This document shows, piece by piece, positions 29,197 through 40,341 of a stretch of 64,000 bases of DNA. Each line of letters opens with the position of its first letter. The first letter of the stretch is position 1. The notes under the pieces were generated by a model. It saw only the letters and a list, made by a program, of their open reading frames with translations. It was not told where the DNA came from and did not search any database. A program made the position numbers and the translations under genes. The stretch lies in the IMG/VR virus record IMGVR_UViG_3300010403_000003, positions 1 to 64,000 of that record, one strand, 5' to 3'. The stretch is from a virus.

Positions 29197-30316
29197 TCAA
29201 TTTCGGTTCTTCCTGCGTCACCGGCTTCGGAGCCTTCCGCAATTCGAGTTTCTCGATAAACGTTTCGCTCACGGCCCCGGCGGCGCGAAGATTTTCCATC
29301 AATAATTCGGCCGCTTCCTTTTTCTTGCCGTGCGGAGCATTCTTCCGAACCACGTCGAGTATCTTCGTCTTGCCGATGGTGCAGGCGTCCAGAGTATTGG
29401 TGACGCCAACAGTTTGGACCATGGACACCCAGCCATTTTGGGCGTCAATCTTCTCCCGCTTCTCGCGTTTGAGCCGCAGCATATTCCCGGCCGCGTCTTT
29501 GAGTTCGCCATCGTTCTGGGCCGCCAGCGTCCGGCACTGCTCGATGATGTCTTCGCATCTTTTTTTCACAAAACTGGCGCGTTCATAGGCGTTAATGGCC
29601 ATGTCCGTGAGGATGGCAGTTTTTGTGTCCGCAACGATGGCGATTTCCTGCCGCGACAAGTCTTCACCAGCGGGGCATTCGTTGTGCCTGTGGCAAAACC
29701 GGCACGATTCGTAGCTCGGCCCGTAGACCTCACGGCCGGCGTCAATGCGTGCGGCCATCTGATGCCACCATTCGGCCAACTCGTCCACCGTCCAGACGAA
29801 TTTTTCCATTTCGCCCAGGCGGATATTCAGGTGCAAGGCTTCCACCGTCCGCACCGGGAATTCTTGGGCGATGAGCCATGCGTAGCCGCGGAGCTGGGGT
29901 TCGCAATTACTCCAGAGGAATCCGCTTTTCCAGTCGGCAACGATCGCCGTGTCGCCATCGACCGAGAAAACGTCGGGATGCCCGCTGAGGCCGATCTGGA
30001 AGTCCTCGTCGATCCAGGCGAATTCTTCCTCGCAACGTGGCGTGGGGAAGTGGCCTTTAATTGAATCCCAGGCGCGACGGACTGCACCGCAAAGGTAGCC
30101 GAGTTCGTCGGCGTCCACGCGGTATTCTTGGGCAAGAGCGCCTACAGGAACCACCACGCCGTCGATGACGTACCCCTTCGCTGCGATGTGCGTCCCGTCT
30201 CCAAGCCGTGCCGGCTCGCCGCTGGGCGGAACGATTCGCAACGACGCCGGATACGCTGACGCCGCGCACAAGTCGATTTGATTCAGGGAACTGCAACGAA
30301 CTCGGAACATTATCAC
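29180..30316 (-). CDS. PD-(D/E)xK exonuclease (DUF2800/Cas4-like)
   Basis: SSL..C..G...H, SGHPD..VADWKSG..QLRGYA, CRFC...C. Confidence 0.8.
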   Translation of the reverse strand: MIMFRVRCSSLNQIDLCAASAYPASLRIVPPSGEPARLGDGTHIAAKGYVIDGVVVPVGALAQEYRVDADELGYLCGAVRRAWDSIKGHFPTPRCEEEFAWIDEDFQIGLSGHPDVFSVDGDTAIVADWKSGFLWSNCEPQLRGYAWLIAQEFPVRTVEALHLNIRLGEMEKFVWTVDELAEWWHQMAARIDAGREVYGPSYESCRFCHRHNECPAGEDLSRQEIAIVADTKTAILTDMAINAYERASFVKKRCEDIIEQCRTLAAQNDGELKDAAGNMLRLKREKREKIDAQNGWVSMVQTVGVTNTLDACTIGKTKILDVVRKNAPHGKKKEAAELLMENLRAAGAVSETFIEKLELRKAPKPVTQEEPKLIEQAV

Positions 30317-30392
30317 TTCCCCTTAAATACCACCGATTTCGCACACCGCTCGGTGGCCACACGGCATACTTCGGCCAGCGCCTAGTGCTTCG

Positions 30393-32656
30393 CTACTGCC
30401 CCTCTTCCCATTTCATCGCTATCGCCTCGTCCAACGTCTCAAACGCCTCGACAACTTCCTGCCAATCGACACGCGCCGCCTGGAATTCGCGAGCGAGTTT
30501 GGCGGTATCCTCGCGGGGTCGCTTGAGGAGGCGCAGGCGCAGGGTGTTGTCGGGGTCTTTGAGGTCGGTCATGATCCATCTCCTTCGGACAGCACTCTCG
30601 CCACGCAATCGGCGGCCGACTCGTAAGTGAACGTATCGACAAGTTCATCCGTCATCGCTTTGCCGTGGCGGAACGTCCAGCAGCGGACTTCGTATCGTTC
30701 GCCGCGCTTCACCACCGCATAGACATCACCGTCAAGCCTCGGCTCCGAATAATGCCGCGAGGATGGTGCGATCTCGCGGGTTCCATTACCTAGAATCTGC
30801 AACATCTCAAAACCTCCGTGTTAAGATTCGTATTCAATCAAGTCCTGCAACTCTCGCTTGAGTCTTTCGGCAGCGTCCATCGCTTGCGGCCAATTGCCGG
30901 CTTCGAGCGTCCATTGCAATCGCCGCATAAGCCGAGCAATCGCCTCTCGGTATTCGAGCATGTCTTGCTCGCGTGTGAAGTCGTATTGGCCGATCATGAC
31001 GCCGTCTCCAGCTCACATCTCGCCGTTTTCGCTTCCAAACGCGCCGCCTCGCGAAACAGCTTGGCGGCGAATTCCATAAGCCGCGCCGGCGTCCCGAACT
31101 GAATCGACACTGCCGGCCCGTCCCCGTCGATGCCGATTTCCAGCGTGCGGCCATGGCAGGCAACTTCGGGCAGGGGTTCGTGGTCGTAGCAGTGGAGGCG
31201 CGTTATTTCGGCGTGCATGATTGATCCTCAACAACTCGCCGAAGCGAGTAGCGGAATAAGCCAGACGAAACAACGACGATTTCATTCCTAAATTCATCCA
31301 CGCATCGCAGATAAAACCGCCTTGCCCCTTTGCGTAGAGATTCTTCAACGGCGACGACCCGCATGGGGTCCGTTCCGCGAGACGGCGACGTGTAAATCGC
31401 TCGCCCTAGCAAAGCGTCTGCCTCTCGTCGCGTAAAATAAACGTTTTTTGCACGCATGGTTCACCTTCTGCTTGCAACCTCGGCCACCATCTCGTCGCGG
31501 CTGAGCGGTTGCTGGCTCTTGAGCAATTCAAGCCCACGGCCAACCGATTCGCACGTCGCCAGAGTCGCGTCCACAAAATTGGCCGCGTCTTCGAGCAGGC
31601 CGGGAACGTCCCAGTTATCGGGAGACTTCGCGGCGGAACGGAGTTTTTCGGATAAATTCATGGTGTCCTCGTGGTGATTACCCTGCCTTGCGTACCTTGA
31701 ACGCCGAGCCAATCCCGCGCAGCCACTTGCGATACTGCCGCGCGGTCGGCTTAACGTCGGCCTTCTGGCAAGCGTCGATGAATTTCTGGTCTTGGCCGTT
31801 GAACATCTTGACTGTCATCGCTTCGCCCTCTTTGAAAAAGCCCGTCGCCCCCCTCGTAAGTTGCCGTGACGAGCGGCAGGGGGCGACGGAAGGAGAGTCA
31901 CATCGCCGGGACAGACAGAATCCGCTTCTGGATGGCATCTTTGCGGGCCGCGTTGCAATCCATCCGGTGAAGCATTTGCGCGGCCAATTCAACGTGGAAG
32001 TAGGCGGCGCAGGAGTCGCACATATTCGCCGGGTCGTAAGCGAAAAACGGGCGTCGGCACCAGTCTTTTGCTTTCTCTTCTTTCGTTAGCTTCCGATTCT
32101 CTTCCCGCGTGATGCAGGAATCGGCGTCTTGGCCATGAATCCGGTGATTAACGCACGGGCAATCGCTGCCGAACAAATCATTGGCAAGCGTTCGTGCTGT
32201 TGCGGACATCTCTTGCAATGTCTTCGCCATCGTCATTCTCCTTTTGGCCGTGTCACCGGCCTTTGATTCCGCCCCGGCCGCGAAATTGCGGACGCGGGGC
32301 ACTCGGTTGGTGATTCACGGATCGCAGCATTCCGGGCAAGGAACGTCGCATCGTAAAATGCTGTTTGCGGGGGCGGTTTTGTCGCCTTCCAAGACGCCGG
32401 TTCCTTTGCAGGCCGGACATGGAGCCGCCTTTATTGTCCCTGGCGGATAAAGCCTCGGGGTTCCGCCGCTCGCCCTCGTTTCGCACCAATTTTCGATCCG
32501 TTGTACGCCGCATTTTTTGCATGTCTCATAGCTGCCGTAAACGACACCGAATGTCTGTTCTTTGATCTGGACAGGTGGACCGAACTCGTGTTCGCAAGTG
32601 GCAGATTTTTTCATTGGAGGGTTATGCCTTCTCGATAATGAACGCGGCCTTTTCAC
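30393..32656 (-). other. cluster of small early genes
   Basis: Contiguous short ORFs with RBSs (e.g. 30569-30805, 30994-31218, 31203-31457, 31898-32236, 32315-32656). Confidence 0.5.
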
Positions 32657-33152
32657 CGGCTCCGTTATCCAAGCACCAATTCACGTAATCGAGCAAAGTC
32701 TTGCCCTGCGCTGCGAGGTAAGAGTTCGGATGTTTCTTTTCGGAAAGCGTTCCGCAAACCGTCGGTAACTTCTCGCGGGCAGCGGCAACCCGAACAGCAA
32801 TCCGAGCCTTCCTGCTCGCCTTCGCGGCAGCGTTCTTTTTGTCGCGGAGATCGCGTTCCGCTTGGGCGATTTGCTTGATGAGGCCGGCATCGTCCGTCTT
32901 GTGAATGCAATCGCAGCCAACCTTGAATTCCTTGCCGCAAGCCGACCGCACCCAAAACTCGTACCGGATGCACGTCCCGCAGAAATCGCAAGTGCTGCCG
33001 GCCTGAACCGGGGCACCGTGGCAAGCCTGGTACGTCTTCTCGGTGACTGCCCCGGTGAAAGCGAAAGGGGCCACTCCTAGGCCGGCCCGCTCGAAGCGAT
33101 GAATCGTCGAGGTTTCGCCAGCTTTCAGGTTCTCGTTTACGATGGCTAGCAT
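32622..33152 (-). CDS. zinc-binding early protein
   Basis: CDFCGTCIRYEF..FKVGCDC. Confidence 0.65.
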   Translation of the reverse strand: MLAIVNENLKAGETSTIHRFERAGLGVAPFAFTGAVTEKTYQACHGAPVQAGSTCDFCGTCIRYEFWVRSACGKEFKVGCDCIHKTDDAGLIKQIAQAERDLRDKKNAAAKASRKARIAVRVAAAREKLPTVCGTLSEKKHPNSYLAAQGKTLLDYVNWCLDNGAGEKAAFIIEKA

Positions 33153-33223
33153 TTCGTTTCCCCTCGTCGATTCGCCCCGGCCCTTGAGAACGCCTCAAGG
33201 GTCGCGGGGCGATAAAAATGCCA

Positions 33224-33442
33224 CTAAACAGTCTTGAGGAAACACCGAGCGGCCTTGCGGGCGTCGTTAACCATCGTCTTCACGGTCCAATGGCAAACCG
33301 GAGCGCCGTAGAGGACTTTCGACCGCATTGTCGCCCGTGGAAAATCAATCGTCCTTTTCGTTCCTTCGCAGTCAGTCACGGACGTTTCCACGCAAATGTA
33401 ACCGATCGTTTCCGTTACTTTGCCGGTCAATGTCGCGTTCAT
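33224..33442 (-). CDS. hypothetical protein, first gene after leftward promoter
   Basis: AAGGGG RBS. Confidence 0.55.
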   Translation of the reverse strand: MNATLTGKVTETIGYICVETSVTDCEGTKRTIDFPRATMRSKVLYGAPVCHWTVKTMVNDARKAARCFLKTV

Positions 33443-33622
33443 CGTTTCCCCTTGTTCGTGGCCTTCATGTCATTCAATAACACCATTGTACCCCGATGGA
33501 AACCAGAGTCAACAGAAAAATCCAAATAAAACCAAATTGCTTTTTGGTGGTATCGTGGGTATACTTTAATTGGCCAGTAACATTTCCTTGAGGTTTGGGA
33601 GGAACCATTTACAATGCTCGCC
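33443..33622. promoter_or_regulatory. AT-rich divergent promoter region
   Basis: Leftward TTGACT(33512-33507)-N16-TACAAT; rightward TACAAT(33610-33615)-N7-ATG; recurring AACCA/TGGT. Confidence 0.65.
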
Positions 33623-33853
33623 ATGGCACGCAAAAAGAACCATGAGTCGGCAGCTGACGAATCGCCCAAGCGCGACAGGCAAACCGTACAATTGCCGGGC
33701 AATTGGCACCGCGCCCTGCTTCGGTTGTCCGCTCACTGGCGGCAACAAAAAGTCTGGGCAATGTGCCGATTGATCGGCGAAGCCTGCGAAAAAGAGGGGC
33801 TTGAGCATCCGCCATTCCCCTGGGAACAACTCGAAGACGAAGAACAAATCTAA
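33623..33853 (+). CDS. putative ribbon-helix-helix repressor
   Basis: RQTVQLPGNWHRALLRLS strand-helix-helix; lone plus-strand gene at a divergent promoter. Confidence 0.55.
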   Translation: MARKKNHESAADESPKRDRQTVQLPGNWHRALLRLSAHWRQQKVWAMCRLIGEACEKEGLEHPPFPWEQLEDEEQI

Positions 33854-34231
33854 AATCCGCCGAGCACGCTTCCGCCGCGAACCCCCATCCGAAACGTCCA
33901 CGGCTCGGCGAATATCCAAGAAACCCCGCGAAGAATAAACCGTTGACCCTCGACTCTCGCTTGCCGCAATCGTGTCGGGCCAAACGGTGGGTTCACCATT
34001 TCTCGCTCATCAAAAGTCGGAACGCCATGCCCGGTGCGCCGGTGTCTCGAAGGATTTCGGCCCGCCTTTCGACGCCCAAATCGTGCATGAGCGATATCCA
34101 AAACGCCGTTGCCCGGCGAGACTCTTTGGTATGCTCGACGCGGTCGAGGGCCTTGTTTTTCTTGCCTTCGGAGTAGGCTGACGCTCTTGGCGTATCGATG
34201 GCCTTCACGATTTTCCTGGCGAGTCGGAGTT

Positions 34232-34870
34232 TCATGAGCCAACCCCCGCCACTTCCGCCGGCAACAACTCGCGTAGCGTCCGCCCGTCTTGGTTCGTCAT
34301 GCCGACCAAGAACGCTGTCCAATCCGCCGCGCGGAGAACAAACGTCGCGGCGAAGAGTTTGCCGGCCGTTATTTTTTCGTTCTGCACGATGCCGACCGCG
34401 ATTTCTTTCTGCGGCGGCAAGTGAGCGAAAAGGTATTGCAGCAGCGTTGCGTCAACCGGATGCCCGAGAAGCAAGACGGGGTCCTGGTCGGGGAATGTCC
34501 GTCCTGTGCCGAAGCATTCGCGGCAATTCTCTTCTTCTGCGTCGCAGAGGTCGCACCCGCAAACGTGGGGCACAACCCCACTGGCCCAGCATTCTCCACA
34601 CTGCTCATCGCCGGGAAACGCGCCCACGATTGCCGCGAACTCGTCCCACGGAAAGCTGCGTTCGATTTTCGTATCGTTTACCAGCAACCGAGCGAGGGCC
34701 GATGAGCGGGTAGGATGCGGCTTCATGTCCCCAGCAGGCTCGTTCGCGATGACCGCGTAACGGCCGTTTGTCGCCGCGATCTTGCCGTCAGACTCGAATG
34801 GCGTCGGTGAGATATGCTCGGCCACGAACCATTCCACCCAGTGCGATACTTTTGTGTCGTTAGGTCGCAT
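34232..34870 (-). CDS. hypothetical protein with DnaJ-type zinc finger
   Basis: CGECWASG..CRECFGTG. Confidence 0.6.
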   Translation of the reverse strand: MRPNDTKVSHWVEWFVAEHISPTPFESDGKIAATNGRYAVIANEPAGDMKPHPTRSSALARLLVNDTKIERSFPWDEFAAIVGAFPGDEQCGECWASGVVPHVCGCDLCDAEEENCRECFGTGRTFPDQDPVLLLGHPVDATLLQYLFAHLPPQKEIAVGIVQNEKITAGKLFAATFVLRAADWTAFLVGMTNQDGRTLRELLPAEVAGVGS

Positions 34871-35150
34871 TATTCGCTTCCTCCAATCCCAAAAACCTCG
34901 CGCAGCCAGTCGAAAAAGTCGATGGCTAGGTCGTAGAGTCCGTCCATGTTCAGCCTCCCTTGCGCCGCTTCCCCTTCGTCAACTTCGGCATCGGCTCCCG
35001 AAACGCTGGCGGCGTCATGTCGCTCGGAACCTTCGACTTTTCCGCCGCGTCCTTGCATCGCTTGTGGTGCGGCGCGTAGGCACATGGCTTGTGGCAAAAA
35101 CAACAGAGGCGGGCAGCGTCGTCTCCGTGGGATCGCATCAGTCCTCCGAT

Positions 35151-35567
35151 TCACCAACTCCGCTTTGCGACAATCCTTTGGATCGCCGCCTTTGCTTTTC
35201 GTCCCGGCCTAGCGATCGCTCTTAACCCGTGTCGCATAGCCGCGACTCCTGAGCGAAACAGGCCAACCGTAGGCTTCGCCAGCGCCACGCCACTAACTTG
35301 TTTCACGTCCAGTTTTGGATGATTCAGCCGCAACGCCAAAAGATCGACATCGTGTGGCCGATTCGCGTGACTTTGAAGCCATCCCGTGCATAATCCGCCC
35401 GTGTTCTGATGGCACATGAACAGCGCCGCCGGCTGCTCCCACGTAGGCCGGTCATACGCTGCCAATTTTCGATACTCTTCTTCCGCCCAAACCCCGGACG
35501 GCACATCACGCCGATAAGGGCACGTCGTGCATGGAACGGGAGAGCATCCGATTTTTTCTTGACTCAT
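35151..35567 (-). CDS. DUF6283-like protein
   Basis: PCTTCPYRRDVPSGVWAEEEYRKL..LFMCHQ..CTGW. Confidence 0.75.
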   Translation of the reverse strand: MSQEKIGCSPVPCTTCPYRRDVPSGVWAEEEYRKLAAYDRPTWEQPAALFMCHQNTGGLCTGWLQSHANRPHDVDLLALRLNHPKLDVKQVSGVALAKPTVGLFRSGVAAMRHGLRAIARPGRKAKAAIQRIVAKRSW

Positions 35568-35602
35568 CGCCTCAATCCTCTCCCAGCATCGCCGCAGCCC
35601 GG

Positions 35603-36094
35603 CTAAATCATCCCTTCCGGGTTCTGCACAATTGGCACGCCCATCGCCACCAAGATTCGCTCAGCCTTGAGCAGATGAATCTTCGCCGCCGACGCCCGGA
35701 CGCGGCACCTCTTGAGCGAAGGCGTTGCGATGGCTACGAACGAGCATTCGCGAACCGCTTCGTCGATCATGTTGGCGACTTCCATCAGGTCGTCGCGTTC
35801 GTCTTGGGTCATCGTTAGTTCCTATTGCCGCCCCACGCCGATTTCGGATGCTTCCCGAATTCTCACGTCGTCGCGATTGATCCACACGGAGCCTTCCGGG
35901 TGGTGGCAATTGAGCGTTTTTTGTGGACGCCACGAATACGGCGGATTTTGCCAGATGCCGACCATTGTGCGTTCGACCGGCTTCGCTTTCTCAAGCATCC
36001 AGCACTCGCCGCCAAGAGCGATATTGGAGCCTTGATGGTTGTAAAAGTCGTCTCGGCAACCGCGGCAGAGCTTTTTCTTTTCGTGTTTTTCCAT
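35603..36094 (-). other. two small hypothetical genes
   Basis: 35603-35812, 35822-36094. Confidence 0.55.
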
Positions 36095-36306
36095 TTGTTA
36101 ATTTCCCTAATAGCCTTTCACCAGTCCGAAATATTTCAAAAAAGATATTGAATTCGCGATTATCGCTGTTTAATATTCGTCCACCCCAAATTACTCCAAA
36201 AGCCTTGCTAATCAGCTGCAAACAGGTATCTCAAAGAGGCCCGCTCGCGCGCCACGCGAGTCGGGCCGATGGGCTTCCTGCCAGCATGTCTTTAGGGAGC
36301 CCGCCC

Positions 36307-37353
36307 ATGCCAGCTCTCCGCATTTTCACCGGGGACGACGACGACCAAAAGCCGGCCGCTTCGCCCCCATCGCCCGCGTCCTCGCCCGCATTGACCGGCG
36401 GCGCGGTCATTCGGCGATACCTGGACGATCTCGCGTATCGATGCCAGACCGGCAAAGTCACGCACGAGCATTACGGCAATTACCGGCGTTCGCTGAGCGC
36501 TTGCACCAGCGGCCGTTACGTCGGCTTCATCGAGGTCATCGGCGAGCGTCCCGTCTCGGAACTGATTCAATTCGATTTGACGGAATGGCTGCGGCGCAAC
36601 CCGCAATGGAAGCGGGCCGATACGCGGCTCAACAACATCGCGGCTGTTTTGGCGTGCTTCCATTGGGCCGATAGCGAGGGAATCCTGCGGCCGTGCCCGT
36701 ACACGAAGACGCGGCAATTGCAGGAGCAAAGAGCCGAGCGCCGGGATGCCACGGACGAAGAGGCCGACAAGGTTTGGGCGGCGGCGAGCGAATCGCTTCG
36801 CCGAATCATTTGGTTCATTGACACGGCTGGCGTCCGCACGAAAGAGGCCCGTGATCTTTTGTGGGAGCAAGTGTTCTTCGACAGGCAGATAATTCTCATC
36901 AAGATTCACAAGACGGTTCACATGACGACCGAACCAGAGCCGCGAATCGTCGGCCTCGACGCCGACGGCTGGGCCGAGTTGCGGTGCTGGTACGACTTGC
37001 GACGACCGGGGCAGACGCACGTTTTTTTGACCCCGCGGGGCCGGACGTGGACCAAAAATAATCTTTGCCAGACGTTCGAGCGGTTGAGTGCGAAGTGCGG
37101 ACTGGCGGACGATCTTTCTCCGTACTGCTTTCGGCATCGCTACGGCACCCAAGCTATCCTCGCCGGGGCGACGGAGCGCGAGGCCGGCGACGGGCTTGGG
37201 CACCGGGATTCGAGATCGACGCGGCGATATAGCCATACGGCGAACAAGGTCGAGCACATCAAGAGCATCGCGGACAAGGTCGGCTCGGCGAGGAAGGCAC
37301 GGACCACGGCTAAGAAGGACTCGGCTGAGTTTCCGCTGTTTGGGGATGATTAG
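36307..37353 (+). CDS. int: tyrosine integrase
   Basis: AGVRTKE (Arg), HKT (Lys), YCFRH, GLGH, TRRY (Tyr); N-terminal core-binding domain. Confidence 0.92.
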   Translation: MPALRIFTGDDDDQKPAASPPSPASSPALTGGAVIRRYLDDLAYRCQTGKVTHEHYGNYRRSLSACTSGRYVGFIEVIGERPVSELIQFDLTEWLRRNPQWKRADTRLNNIAAVLACFHWADSEGILRPCPYTKTRQLQEQRAERRDATDEEADKVWAAASESLRRIIWFIDTAGVRTKEARDLLWEQVFFDRQIILIKIHKTVHMTTEPEPRIVGLDADGWAELRCWYDLRRPGQTHVFLTPRGRTWTKNNLCQTFERLSAKCGLADDLSPYCFRHRYGTQAILAGATEREAGDGLGHRDSRSTRRYSHTANKVEHIKSIADKVGSARKARTTAKKDSAEFPLFGDD

Positions 37354-37366
37354 GTGTCGCATCTGG

Positions 37367-38883
37367 TCATGCCCTGTGTTCACTGTTGACCCAACAATGT
37401 TCGGTTGTACGTAGCGCGAAAGCTGCGAATTGAAGAAGATGGTGCTTTACTATTTCGGCGTCTTCTCTGCGTAGGAAACGGATCGCTTCATTCGGCTTCC
37501 GCGTGAAGCCGCGACTGTCTGGGAACCGTCCGTCCCAATAGCATTCGTCGCCTTCGATAAGCCAAGCGAACTGTTCCATCACATCGTTTCGCTTGCAAGT
37601 GTCACATTGCTTCATGGTTGGTGCGTCCTCACGATCTCGCGAAGCTCACCGATTTCTTTGAGGTACTTCGTTAACTCGGCCGCAAACTCATCGGCACGAT
37701 TTTCCATAGCTTCAGCGCGAGCGTTGGCGATGAAAAGTTGCTTGCGCGTCTTCTTTAAAGCCGCCGCGATTTGCATTTGCTCATTGTTGGTGCAACGGTT
37801 CGCCGGGTCGGTCGCATAGGCCACGATCCTCTGTATTTCCTCCTCCGACACTGGCACGGCCTCAGCTTCGTCGTAAGCCCTTTGAGCCTCTTCCGGCGTC
37901 AGCGGCCTCCACAATGCGAGGTCGGCCTCAAGTTTTTCGATTCGCTCGATAGCCCACAAGAAGCCGCCAGAAAGATCGTCGGCAACCGCTTTTTCGGTGG
38001 CCGCGTAAACGCAGGTCGCCATCCTCTTCAATCGCCCGATTGAGTGTTCGATTGTGCAAGGCTCCATATCTTTGCGTCGCATTGCGTTTAAGGGCGTCGT
38101 CGTCATTTTGCCTGTTACCTTTCGTGATTTTGCCCACTTAGTTATTGAGGCCGTGAACTAGTCTCCCACCCCCGGATATGTACTAGCTGACGTAGCTAGC
38201 ACTCATTCTCCGGCACGTTCGGCCTTGATTATTTTCTTCACGTCTTGCCTCGCCTGCTCAATCTTGTTTGCGACGTCACGCTGCTCGGCCGTTATCTCGC
38301 TGCGCTTACTTGGTTCATCAATTCCCAAAAGACGGCGCATTTCACTTTGCACGCCTTGGACGGCTCGTTTGCATTCCGCGTCCATTAGCTGATGGACCCA
38401 GTAGGGTGCCGACAGAACTTTCCGCGTGGTCTTGTTCCTGAAGTACCATCCGCCTTCGTTGCTTTCGATCACCCATCCGGCATTCGCGAGGTCGTCGATC
38501 GTTGTGTGACACCCATAGAATCCGTGGTAATCCTTTTCTTCTGGCGCAACTATTGGAGGTTCGTCACCCATCCTGAACGTTTTCATTTGGTCCCTTCATG
38601 CGTCTCCGCAACATTCGGGGCAAGGAACATCTTGTCGCCGAATACTTCCGGGAGGCGATTTTTGGTCTCCTGCCATGACGCCGGTCCCGCCACATTTGAC
38701 ACATGCTCCGATCAAGCATTTCGCTTTGATGATCGGGCAATTACTCACATGCTTAAAGTTAGGGCGAAAACTTACTGGTTTGCCGGTGCAATATTGACAT
38801 CGCCAATCATCGCGGCCGACGAGCGCGTCCCATCGTTCCTGAAAGATTCGGAGCAATTCGACTGCTGAGTAATCGCTCATCAT
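37367..38883 (-). other. four hypothetical genes convergent with int
   Basis: 37367-37615, 37612-38106, 38203-38586, 38596-38883. Confidence 0.55.
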
Positions 38884-39108
38884 TCACTCATTCCGTGCAA
38901 TCGCCGCATTAAACAAAAACATCGCCTCATCGAGCGCGTTGAGTGCCCGCGTCTGTTCCGGCGAGCATGGCGTTTGGTCAACGCCAATTTTCGCCGCCCC
39001 CAGGATGACGGCGCGAATCGTTTCGTAACGCTTCGCCTGGTCGCCCTTGGGGGCGTGGTAGGTGTAACGCTGGGACAGTTGCTCGAAGGTTGGTTTGTCG
39101 AATGGCAT
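38884..39108 (-). CDS. Acb2/Tad1-like hairpin protein (candidate anti-defence nucleotide sponge)
   Basis: RYTYHAP..Q..RYETIR..PCSPEQTRALNALDEAMFLFNAAIARNE. Confidence 0.65.
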   Translation of the reverse strand: MPFDKPTFEQLSQRYTYHAPKGDQAKRYETIRAVILGAAKIGVDQTPCSPEQTRALNALDEAMFLFNAAIARNE

Positions 39109-39602
39109 GAGATTCTCCTAACGAGGCGAATGACTCAACATTCGCCAACATCGTGGCCCACGATCAGGAAATGCTGTCCGCCGCAACTCCTTCACGGCCG
39201 CGTAAAAGATGTCTTCGCCATCGGCGTCATCGTCCACGCAGATATCGACATGGCCTTCGTAGAATTCAAGGCCCGGCGAAGGCGACGTTTGCATTTCAAC
39301 GCGAAGCTTCATTTCGCACAGCCTTTCAACGCGGTCTTCGTTTTCGGTTCTTTTTTTTCTCTCAGCGTCACTCGTCCGCCATGGAAAAGGCATAAATACA
39401 GCTTCGACAAGAAAGCCTCATCCCTTTCGCTCTCCGCTGTTAGGCGCAACCATTTGCATCGGTCGCGCACGTCAACCATTTTTGCGGGCGATGTCGCGTT
39501 GCACCTCATGCCGCACCTCCAGACGAGCGGAGACTAGCCCACATCGAAAACAAGCGTCGGCCAGTTTCAAGAGAATTGTGTACTAGCTTAAGGCTAGGTG
39601 AA

Positions 39603-39649
39603 TTAGCTTCCCAAGCTGGACGTCGTCGGTTCGAATCCGATCGCCCGCT
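39603..39649 (+). other. tRNA-Gly(CCC) 3' half no.1, candidate attP core
   Basis: ttagc TTCCCAA gctgg acgtc gtcgg TTCGAAT ccgat cgcccgc t; no 5' half. Confidence 0.85.
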
Positions 39650-39696
39650 CTGCAAAAGACTTGCGAAGTTTTTCGATGAGGAAAACATTCGAGACC

Positions 39697-40230
39697 CTAA
39701 TGAGAAAGACCGCTCAATTCATTGAATTTCGCCTGGAACGCCGCCGCGGCATCTTCCTTGCTGGCAAAGGAGCCAAGATGGAATTTTTGTTTGTTGGACT
39801 CGATGTCCGCTCGCCAAGAACCTTTGGTCCACCGAACGCCGCGGATACCGCTCGAACTGTTTGCCGGAGCGGATTTCCGATTCAGCATGTTCACGTGATG
39901 AGGCACCGACCGAAGATTAGTTCGTCGATTGTCGAGCGTGTTGTGGTTGATGTGGTCAATGTCCATCCCGGCCGGGAAGCCCATGATAAGCCGGTGCATT
40001 CCGAGCATGCTCTTTTCTGTCGGGGACGGTCTCCCGATCGCATAAAAGGATTTGGTGCAAGGGTTCCATTGGGCGTGCCAGCGCGAGCCGTTGGAAAGGA
40101 CGCGGCTCAAATCGGAAATATCGATGAGGCATTCGAGAATCAGCTTTTCGCATTGGCGTTTCAGAAAAACGACAGCAAAGCCGTCTCGAATCTCAACGGG
40201 GTTACTTCGCTTCGGAAATTGCATCAGCAA
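39697..40230 (-). CDS. HNH-AP2 homing endonuclease
   Basis: MHRLIMG..IDHINHNTLDNRRTNLR, SSGIRGVRW..WRA..HLGSF..AAAA. Confidence 0.9.
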   Translation of the reverse strand: MLMQFPKRSNPVEIRDGFAVVFLKRQCEKLILECLIDISDLSRVLSNGSRWHAQWNPCTKSFYAIGRPSPTEKSMLGMHRLIMGFPAGMDIDHINHNTLDNRRTNLRSVPHHVNMLNRKSAPANSSSGIRGVRWTKGSWRADIESNKQKFHLGSFASKEDAAAAFQAKFNELSGLSH

Positions 40231-40244
40231 ATCCTCTTAGAGCC

Positions 40245-40291
40245 TCGCGTTCCCAACGCGGTGGTCGCCGGTTCAAATCCGGTCGCCCGCT
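40245..40291 (+). other. tRNA-Gly(CCC) 3' half no.2, candidate attP core
   Basis: tcgcg TTCCCAA cgcgg tggtc gccgg TTCAAAT ccggt cgcccgc t. Confidence 0.85.
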
Positions 40292-40341
40292 TTTTCTTTC
40301 AATTGGCTTCGAGCAAATTCGCCGTGAAGTTCCTTCACTTC

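Noticed and set aside
29180-30316. Cas4-like nuclease as part of a CRISPR system
   Set aside because: No array or other cas genes; the context is an exonuclease-SSAP recombination module
39484-39490. GCGGGCG as the missing 5' acceptor strand of a split tRNA-Gly
   Set aside because: Lies inside an ORF, is not followed by a D-arm, and 7 nt is chance level
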